Origin: Antedon mediterranea
Taxonomy: Eukaryota > Animalia > Echinodermata
Direction of reading: 5' to 3'
DNA length: 64,000 nucleotides
NCBI RefSeq assembly: GCF_964355755.1
Contig: NC_092673.1
Span: 30,997,648-31,061,647, forward strand
The translations under genes were made by a program, and so were the position numbers. The notes under the pieces are model-generated. The model did no database searches and had not been told where the DNA came from. It worked only from the letters and a program-made list of their open reading frames with translations. Below, one piece after another: positions 56,161 through 64,000 of the stretch (within the stretch, counting starts at the first letter, position 1; each line of letters begins with the position of its first letter).

Positions 56161-57627
56161 CAAAGAGCTGCATAGGCAGGATATAGAAAAAAATCAAGAT
56201 CAAATAAGTTAAAACTGCCTCAATATAGATTTATTTTAACGACATGTTTCGGGCATAGCCCATCATCAGGTGAAAAGAATTGTAACAAAGGATAACATAT
56301 ATAAGTCACAAAATTACATAATAAAACAAATCAGCCAATCAAAGATGTTAACAAACAAAAGGCATAGTTATAAAGGCACGCCTCCAAAAGCTATGGTGTA
56401 CAAAGCAGGAATGGTTGCTTATAAAGCAGGAAATTTAAAACAAAGACAAAAGCTTCAAGTGTAAATAATTGTTAATATGTGAATGTCTCTGGCAAAATTA
56501 ATGTTTAAAGAATCTAAATTGTACATTTATGCCGGTAGGGGCAAGAGTGCCAAGCTTTACAATTATTCTTTCTTCTATAATTCTACGAGATGTCTCAGAA
56601 CCATTACATACTTTAACACCAGAAATTGTAATATCCGAAAGGGAATGCTCATTATTACAAAAATGGGTGGCTACAGGTAATCCGGGAGTCTTTAGTTTAA
56701 TAGACCTTAAATGTTCTACAAACCTATCACCTAACCTGCGTTTAGTTTCACCAATATAAAGCATATTACATTTAGTACACGAAATACAATAAACTAGATT
56801 TCTAGTGGTGCACGTAATACGATCTGTGATAACATAATTACCAGAAGGTCCTACTATTTGGTTTGAACATGAAACGTAATTACATGTCGAACATTTATTT
56901 CTATTACATTTGAATGTTCCAGTTGATTCATTGCCTTTGTTTTGTAATTTAGATTTAACTAAAGTGTCTTTAATGCTTTGATCACGTCTGTAAGCTATCA
57001 TGGGTGGTTCTTGAAAAATATCTTTTTTAGCGGATTTATCATCTTCAGTCAAAATTGAAAAGTTATCGCGGACAATGTTAATAACCTTCTTATTCATAGG
57101 ATGATACGTGAGGACTAGAGGTATGCGGTCACAGGCATTTGTATTATGTGTAGGTTGCAATGTGTCCTCGTGCGTTAACTGGCAAACTTTTCTTAGAGGT
57201 TTCACAGTAATGTCAGATGGATATTCGCGTGCATTGAAAAAATCGATCATCTCAGATGCTTTGATGTTAAAGTCATCATTATCGCTACATAAACGTCGAA
57301 GTCTAACAAGTTGCGAATACGGTATAGCATTCTTGCAAGCTGGAGGATGCGAAGAGTTGTAATTTAGATAAGTGTGCGCGTCAGTATCTTTGTAGTGGAC
57401 GGATGTAGAAAGACCAGGTTTATCAATAGATAAACTAATATCAAGGAAAGGCACACACTTGTCAGAAATTTCATGAGTAAACTTTATAGCAGGATGGAAA
57501 TTGTTCACTAAGTTAATGAACTCATTAAGTTCATCTAAAGTTCCCGACATAACACCAACACAATCATCAATATACCGTTTGAATAAATCTGGTTTCTTTC
57601 CCTTAAAATCTCGTAACACATTCTGAT

Positions 57628-57715
<88 letters not shown>

Positions 57716-57857
57716 ATCAAGATCAAATAAGTTAAAACTGCCTCAATATAGATTTATTTTAACGACATGTTTCGGGCATAGCCCATCATCAGGTGAAAAG
57801 AATTGTAACAAAGGATAACATATATAAGTCACAAAATTACATAATAAAACAAATCAA

Positions 57858-57911
<54 letters not shown>

Positions 57912-58632
57912 CAATGATGTTGCGTAGCACTGTGTAAATTATATATAAATCATACTGCAAATTATAGAAACAGTGCTCATATTCGGAACATGATCTCATA
58001 ATCGCGTCGAGCATAGCTCATTGGCGAAAGTTCCGTATTTTTTAGTTGTATGAAAAAATGTCTCTGGCGGGATTCGAACCTGCAACCTCTCGCTTACAGG
58101 GCGAGTATCATACCACTAGACCACAGAGCCATGTATGGTATTATCACAGATTTTCACATTTTTTCATACAACTAAAAAATACGGAACTTTCGCCAATGAG
58201 CTATGCTCGACGCGATTATGAGATCATGTTCCGAATATGAGCACTGTTTCTATAATTTGCAGTATGATTTATATATAATTTACACAGTGCTACGCAACAT
58301 CATTGATTTACATATACACAATATTATTTAACAAACCGTTGCGAATTAAAGTTGGAATTTATTCTGACTTGTTAAGCCTCCACTGATTGTGAGGGCGTTT
58401 GTTGTATGAGAGAATGTATCTGGTGGGTGAAAATCTGTGATAATACCATACATGGCTCTGTGGTCTAGTGGTATGATACTCGCCCTGTAAGCGAGAGGTT
58501 GCAGGTTCGAATCCCGCCAGAGACATTTTTTCATACAACTAAAAAAATACGGAACTTTCGCCAATGAGCTATGCTCGACGCGATTATGAGATTATGTTCC
58601 GAATATGAGCACTGTTTCTATAATTTGCAGTT

Positions 58633-58679
<47 letters not shown>

Positions 58680-59197
58680 TTAATTCGAAGGGTAGGCTAC
58701 AGAGATCTAATAGTAGGCATAATAGACAGTCATAGATGACAAAAACTGAGTCTTGTGACAATATCCTACCTAGCCTGAAATCACATTCACGCGTACAATC
58801 CATAACAGACCTAACTTATGAACTGAGGAATTTCGATTGTTCTTTGCTTTAGATAATAAAAGAAAAACTTTAAATGTAATAATATAAACATTCGCGTACC
58901 TGAACAAAGCATAGTTCCAAGTAGAATCGAGCCAACCCAGGCTGTTGCCGATTTGCTTTTACCGAAGACTCTCAGGAATTCTGTGTAGAAAACACCGACC
59001 GAAGAGTATGCCATTCCAAATGTAAATATGTGGGTGAGCAAAGAAGCAACCATGACGACCCATGCCCATCCTTTGTCAAGGTTAGTCTCGTCTGCACCGT
59101 CGTCATCTACATCTTGAACGCCGTCAGGGGTGTGATTTGTAGATGGAATGACATCTGGTGTTGCTACACCCCGTCCTGTTGCCTTTTCGACGACCAT
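53231..59197 (-). CDS. Monocarboxylate transporter family (SLC16/MCT, MFS) protein; exons 59197-58900, 55913-55770, 55553-55371, 55055-53754, 53385-53231
   Basis: MCT signature DKGWAWVV in TM1, GPVASVMVGRWGPR, GLGFGLSYLP...FERRRSVATGIAVAGSGVG, large central loop, LGPPIAGALYDISGNY. All junctions are GT-AG and in phase. The specific paralogue cannot be assigned. Confidence 0.93.
54337..54420 (-). repeat. 21-bp coding tandem repeat (EKSGKVA x4) in the SLC16 central loop
   Basis: AGCTACCTTGCCGCTCTTTTC x4. Confidence 0.9.
55965..56001 (+). ncRNA. Minimal type I hammerhead ribozyme in a PLE pLTR-like fragment (55965-56130)
   Basis: GCA-CTGATGA-A-GGGC TAGTGTT GCCC-GAAA-GCTC-TGC: conserved core, stem II GGGC/GCCC, stem I GCA/TGC. 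Confidence 0.75.
56234..56276 (-). ncRNA. Minimal type I hammerhead ribozyme in the 3' pLTR of the PLE
   Basis: Minus strand TTTTCAC-CTGATGA-T-GGGC TAT GCCC-GAAA-CATGTC-GTTAAAA, with palindromic stem III ACATGT and a GUC cleavage triplet. Confidence 0.82.
56498..57619 (-). CDS. Penelope-like retroelement ORF (C-terminal RT plus GIY-YIG endonuclease), 5'-truncated
   Basis: RYIDD catalytic motif, FHPAIKFT..VPFLDI, YKDTDAHTYL..SSHP, linker CNRNKCSTC, then LVYCISCTKC..YIGETKRRLGDRFVEH..VATHF. No stops over 373 aa. Confidence 0.93.
   Translation of the reverse strand: MLRDFKGKKPDLFKRYIDDCVGVMSGTLDELNEFINLVNNFHPAIKFTHEISDKCVPFLDISLSIDKPGLSTSVHYKDTDAHTYLNYNSSHPPACKNAIPYSQLVRLRRLCSDNDDFNIKASEMIDFFNAREYPSDITVKPLRKVCQLTHEDTLQPTHNTNACDRIPLVLTYHPMNKKVINIVRDNFSILTEDDKSAKKDIFQEPPMIAYRRDQSIKDTLVKSKLQNKGNESTGTFKCNRNKCSTCNYVSCSNQIVGPSGNYVITDRITCTTRNLVYCISCTKCNMLYIGETKRRLGDRFVEHLRSIKLKTPGLPVATHFCNNEHSLSDITISGVKVCNGSETSRRIIEERIIVKLGTLAPTGINVQFRFFKH
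57757..57799 (-). ncRNA. Minimal type I hammerhead ribozyme, second pLTR copy
   Basis: Identical to the 56234-56276 copy. Confidence 0.82.
58059..58130 (-). tRNA. Inverted identical copy of the tRNA-like sequence
   Basis: Exact reverse complement of 58454-58525, also followed by T6. Confidence 0.6.
58454..58525 (+). tRNA. tRNA-like sequence (tRNA-Pro-like body, anticodon loop CCTGTAA), probably element-borne or pseudo
   Basis: 72 nt GGCTCTGTGGTCTAGTGGTATGATACTCGCCCTGTAAGCGAGAGGTTGCAGGTTCGAATCCCGCCAGAGACA, with A box, B box, CTCGC/GCGAG stem and T6 immediately after. Mismatches in the acceptor and T stems; C at position 33. Confidence 0.6.
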
Positions 59198-59509
59198 GAC
59201 TATGTACCACAGGCCTCAGAAAAGGACTGCGTTTAGGCCTATAAAACGTCGAAATTCATTAATAGCATTTTATTATCAGAATATGTTTTAGGCCTACTTG
59301 TTTCTTATTTTCACTTGTGTTAACTGATGGTCACACGAGTTATTTGGTATCGTAGTCATCACCATATCACTTCTTTAATTATAAACATTTTATGCTAGGC
59401 TATGCTATTATTGAAATTGCAGTCTCCTGTATCTACTCTATACACATACTTCACAACCCAGAAACAAAGCTGGTTATTTTATTACCAGAAAGTTTTAAAT
59501 ATGAATACA

Positions 59510-59965
59510 CACCTTGATGTCTTTTGTCAGTATTGTCCCATTTGTTACCACTGAAACCCGACTACGATTCGCCCTTCTCTCTGATCAGCAGCAACAATCA
59601 CAATGTAGTTGTTTCCAAGACAATCAAGTATGCGCTTGTTAACATTCGCGCTATTGAAGTTGCCATGGTATTTATACGCGCCTACGAATTTTTAGCTGGC
59701 GTGTGGCGTGGCGGCGCGGCTACTACCGGTAGGCCTACCAGTAAATTAAAAAAATATATTATCATGAACTAAATAAATTAATTATGACTTCATTTACTCT
59801 AAAACGCGCGCGAATATGATTCATTACTAATTAATCACAAAAGTGTGCGACACGACACATTTGATTATCCCGCCATCATCTGATAAAACCATGCCGTTCC
59901 GAAATATTGAAGAGTTTCGGTCTTTAGTTATTGCATACGCCACGAGAGGTCGCTCTATTTTCAAG
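59510..59965. promoter_or_regulatory. Putative bidirectional promoter between the SLC16 gene and TBC1D13
   Basis: CpG-rich stretch between divergent genes; X-box-like GTTGCCATGGTA at about 59659; a possible non-coding SLC16 first exon ends at about 59512 (minus-strand GT donor). Confidence 0.45.
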
Positions 59966-62900
59966 ATGTCTGCTTCCTTTAAAGCTAGGTACACAAATTT
60001 GTTTTATTGAAATACACTTCTTTTAACGTAAATACTTAGTCAGAATTAAATGCACAAGTTTTTAGAGAACATGCATTTTCATTTTAGTATGTTTTATTAT
60101 AGTGGCCTAGGCTAGGTCTAGGCTAGTGTAATTTTAGATGCTCTCCTAGGCCAGGTCCCGCTGGCCGCCAGCAGTCAGTAGGCTGCAGAGCATGCAGAGT
60201 GCATGGCGTTGGGAGCTAAATAAGTCCAGGAGACTCCCGGAAAGGGACTTCCTACCAAAAGTTTGGCCTAGAGGAAAAACAGAATAAATATTCATCACCA
60301 AATTGATTTATCATAATGTTTTAAATATTAAGAATTGATTATTAACTTTTTATATATATTTTTTTATTTCAGGCTAGCTAAATTTGAGGAACTTTTGGAG
60401 CAAGAAAAAATCAATTTTGATGACTTTCAAAAAGCATGTTTTAATGGTATTTATTATATTTTAATAACAAAAATATTTATTCTGGCATGACATGCTGCAT
60501 TTAAATAAGTATACCCTCTTCTCTCTATAGCCTACCACTACTACTATACAAGGGGCTCTAGAGGTATAGTAGAGACTGACTCTAGACAGTAGAGAGTACT
60601 TTACTATGATAAGTACTAGGCCTATGTGTTTATTTCCAGTTGGGAGTCAATTTATTCCGGTAAATTTGTCTTCATTTATTATTGCATTTACAGGTATTCC
60701 AGACAAGCCTGGGATAAGATCAATATGTTGGAAGGTATTTATTTTGATAATTATAATAGATGGTATATGTATAAATTGTATGTCATCCTGTTTGATATTC
60801 TTACAGATAAAATTGTTATGGGTTTAACGTCTCACAATTCACTTATCAATTGTATGACCCACTACTAGAAGACCCCCGGGAGATGTGCATCATTTGTCCG
60901 ACGTGTGTCATAACTTATGAATACCATGACATACTTCTACTTCAATAAAGTGACTTACCTTGTGACCATGACGCACCCATTTTGATGCATTATGACCATG
61001 TTGTTCATGATGGTGGGTGGTAAAGTGACGGACATTGACACCATTGTTGACATTCCATCTAGGTTTTTCACGCACCCCTGCATCTATAATTATTTGTAAA
61101 TGACGCACCCCTCTTGTGGGGGTTGTATAGTGGGTCATACAAGTGCATAAAAATTTCTTGTACTTTATTACTACTCATATTCTACTACTTTAATTTGGAT
61201 TTTGTTATTATTTTTATTTTCAAGATATTGTTGAATTATTTGCCACCAAAGAAAACACTTTGGAAAGAGCTGCTAAGTGAACGAAGGTACAGTTCTCAAA
61301 TAATGCAATGTTTACTGACATTATGTATTGTCTTTGATGAGACCATGGGTGGATTGCTATAAAACAGTCTTAACTGATGGTCTTAACTCCCCGATTAAAG
61401 CCGGCTTTATCAGATAGACGGTCTTACTAAAGCCACCCCTGTTAGACCATTGCTATAAAACAGTCTTAAATAAGACCGCGTAAAGTAACAAATTGAGGGC
61501 GTACTTTGCGCGTAGAATACCAAATAAGGTAATGTTCGTCACGCTTGTTAAATTCACAATCATAACACAGTACATTTATACGCGAGAAAATCTATTCTAG
61601 GCCTATATAATAAGAATAAAATCACCGTTATTATTTGATTTAACACTTAAAACTTGTTCAATTGGTTATCTTTGCCGATAAATAATACGTAAAAGCAACA
61701 AAAAGAGAGGTTTAAGACTGTTTTAAGACTCCTTCGAGTAGGCTTTAATTTTAAAGACCGTTTACAGGTTAGACCGCGGCATAGCAATGGTCTATAATAT
61801 AAGACTACTTGCTACGTCACGAATTATAGCCGGGTAAGCGCTAAGACCGGTTATAGACCGCTTATAGCAATCCGCCCCATATTCCTCTTATCTTCTATTG
61901 GCTCTTAAGCTCTGTCTAAATTAGTTTTACAAAAAAACGGGTGATGTGCCCAAATTTTGTATTGATATCAATATCATGCCAAAATATGGTAGTGATATGA
62001 CATCATGTCCATATATGGGCACAACACATTTGTCACATAAAGTTTGATGGTGTAAACAGAGCTTTATAAGATTGGTTTCATTGACAGTTAATTTTAAAAT
62101 ATATTTTTACTATTTTTCAGGGAAGCATACAAGCAATTTCTAAAAGAGATGATTATTAAACCGGGATGTGCGGGAGAAAGTAATGCATCTTCTGATCATG
62201 TAAGTATAACATGTTTAAATCTAATATTTACCTCAACTCCAGAATAAAAGTAAGATAAAAAGATCTTGTAGACAAAGCAATTAAAATACTTACAAATATA
62301 TTGTCTTAATGATAACTTCAGTTGTTGTCTACTGCCCTCTATCATTATGTACTTTTTGTCAGTTTGTGTAGAACCATTAAGGGGACACCTTTGAGACCCC
62401 AAGGGTCCCCTTATGGGTGTCCGCCTCTGTCCTTGTTCGTTTCACTTGAAAGGGTTCCTACAATAGTGTTGTCCTGTGTATATAGTGTACCCCCATGAAT
62501 ATAGTGTACCCCCATGAATATAGTGTATCCCCATGAATATAGTGTACCCCCATGAATATAGTGTACCCCCATGAATATAGTGTACCCCCATGAATATAGT
62601 GTACCCCCATGAATATAGTGTATCCCCATGAATATAGTGTACCCCCATGAATATAGTGTACCCCCATGAATATAGTGTACCCCCATGAATATAGTGTACC
62701 CCCATGAATATAGTGTACCCCCATGAATATAGTGTACCCCCATGAATATAGTGTACCCCCATGAATATAGTGTACCCCCATGAATATAGTGTACCCCCAT
62801 GAATATAGTGTACCCCCATGAATATAGTGTACACCCATGAATATAGTGTACACCCATGAATATAGTGTACACCCATGAATATAGTGTACACCCATGAATA

Positions 62901-63669
62901 TAGTGTACCCCCATGAATATAGTGTACCCCCATGAATATAGTGTACCCCCATGAATATAGTGTACCCCCATGAATATAGTGTACCCCCATGAATATAGTG
63001 TACCCCCATGAATATAGTGTACCCCCATGAATATAGTGTACCCCCATGAATATAGTGTATATATGTATAATGGTGTCCCTTGAATAAGGGTTTTCCCTGA
63101 ATTGGATTCCAAGAAAAAGTGAGTTCTACTGTATTAAACTTATTTAGTATTGTTTATTTACCTCCCTCTAATCTTGTTCAATACTGACTCCTGTATTTAA
63201 TTTCTTTTTTAGCCTTTAAATCCAAATCCACAAAGTGAGTGGTCTCAGTACTTTAAAGACAATGAAGTATTATTACAAATAGACAAAGATACTAGGTAAG
63301 TTATAATAATATATTTATTTCCTCCAAAATATACAAAATAGGGAAGACAAAATTTTACAGACGCCCTGTTTTTTTGTTTTAATAGTGTCGGGTGGGTGGT
63401 GTGGACACCATAAAAGGTTCTATGGAAAAACTGTTTACTGAAATACTAGAAAGATTTTTTGTTATAAACAATGAAAACATAGAGCACTTCTGTCTTTTTT
63501 TATACTAAACAGACGGTTATTACCAGACTTAGGGTTCTTCCAACGAGCAACAAAATTCCCTTTCAAAGACGTTGTTGATTCATCGTCGGATATTACCCTG
63601 CGAAAGAGAGTGGAGCAGTCCATTATCAAAGCAGAGGATGTAGCTAAAAATAGATTAGGAATTACAAAT
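59966..63669 (+). CDS. TBC1D13: TBC1 domain family member 13 (Rab GAP), 5' part; exons 59966-59988, 60373-60446, 60694-60734, 61225-61286, 62121-62199, 63213-63295, 63513-63669; continues beyond the window
   Basis: Spliced MSASFKARLAKFEELLEQ...GIPDKPGIRSICWKILLNYLP...YKQFLKEMIIKPG...DHPLNPNPQSEWSQYFKDNEVLLQIDKDTRRLLPDLGFFQRATKFP, matching the TBC1D13 N-terminus and TBC motifs. Confidence 0.92.
60850..61142. mobile_element. MITE-like inverted-repeat element
   Basis: TTGTATGACCCACTA ... TAGTGGGTCATACAA perfect 15-bp IR, with weaker similarity extending inward. Confidence 0.65.
61347..61877. mobile_element. 531-bp non-autonomous DNA transposon, Harbinger-like
   Basis: CAT-GGGTGGATTGCTATAA...TTATAGCAATCCGCCC-CAT, with a 3-bp TSD and subterminal ATTGCTATAAAACAGTCTTAA repeats. 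Confidence 0.8.
61908..62063. mobile_element. MITE family A
   Basis: Same TIR and internal repeats. Confidence 0.8.
62478..63059. repeat. 19-bp minisatellite (ATAGTGTACCCCCATGAAT) x about 30
   Basis: Near-perfect tandem array with a few single-base variants (TATCCCC, TACACCC). Confidence 0.97.
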
Positions 63670-64000
63670 GTAAGTATTATATTGTTTATAATGTTACCAA
63701 TTTTTGTGAAATTAAATGTAAAAGTCTCATTTCAAAGCTATAAATGTAGAAAAACGTACTCATATATCTTATGTATGTTTTAGTAATTTGCTCTTGAATA
63801 AAGTAAGTCAACAAGAAAAATACTGACACACAAAACCAAACAATCATGCCTCATTTTGTTTCTTCCGATCTGGTCTACAATTATTTTCTAAAAACCTATC
63901 TTCCTCCAACTTTTTTTTAAAGGAAGTTCAACTATATTGTGTACATGACTTTACCTTAAAACTAGTTTGTATTGTTTTATTAAGCTTGGTTCCCACTAGA

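Larger units (their letters stand above)
56157..57860 (-). mobile_element. Penelope-like element (Neptune-like linker) with pseudo-LTR direct repeats, inserted in (TA)n
   Basis: Direct repeat of about 150 bp at 56187-56337 and 57710-57860, nearly identical. A ~30-nt tail at 56157-56186 is present on the 3' copy only. (TA)n tracts lie at each junction. Confidence 0.88.
57907..58636. mobile_element. Non-coding tRNA-cassette element with inverted plus partial tandem arms, flanked by (TA)n
   Basis: 57907-58157 is the reverse complement of [upstream-tRNA-downstream]. 58157-58310 repeats the downstream arm on +. 58427-58633 repeats upstream-tRNA-downstream on +. Confidence 0.75.
55947..58674. repeat. 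(TA)n microsatellite tracts at about 55947-55964, 56130-56156, 57630-57710, 57860-57907, 58636-58674
   Basis: Directly visible dinucleotide runs separating the inserted elements. Confidence 0.95.

Noticed and set aside
57960-58040. Hammerhead in the tRNA-cassette arm (CGAAAGTTC present)
   Set aside because: No upstream CTGANGA core on either strand; kept only as a generic structured-RNA candidate.
58454-58525. Bona fide tRNA-Thr(TGT) gene
   Set aside because: C33, stem mismatches, a Pro-like body and its location in a duplicated mobile unit argue against it.
62478-63059. CRISPR-like array
   Set aside because: The repeats are contiguous with no unique spacers, the context is eukaryotic, and there are no cas genes.
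62411-63112. Three overlapping long minus-strand ORFs (MGVHYIHGGTLYSWGYTIF repeats)
   Set aside because: Artefact of a stop-free 19-bp minisatellite inside a TBC1D13 intron.

Overview
AT-rich, intron-dense metazoan (invertebrate-like) genomic DNA, not prokaryotic. Three spliced protein genes: (1) a complete UBR4/p600 giant N-recognin E3/E4 ligase on + (ATG 3169 to TAA 51651; about 100 short coding exons traced by eye); (2) a convergent SLC16/monocarboxylate-transporter-family gene on - (ATG 59197 to TAG 53231, 5 coding exons); (3) the 5' part of TBC1D13 (Rab-GAP) on +, divergent from the SLC16 gene and running off the window end. Introns are saturated with non-autonomous DNA elements (several MITE families, a Helentron-type HINE) and SINEs (tRNA-derived and one 5S-rRNA-derived). 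The most unusual region is the first coding intron of the SLC16 gene (55.9-58.7 kb). There a (TA)n microsatellite has collected a young 5'-truncated Penelope-like retroelement (RT plus GIY-YIG), three minimal hammerhead ribozymes, and a non-coding tRNA-look-alike element. That element has a PLE-like inverted/partial-tandem architecture and shares the 3' end TTG(G)ATTT-(AT)n with its neighbours, making it a candidate PLE-mobilised small-RNA element. All calls are by eye with no database search; repeat boundaries are approximate.
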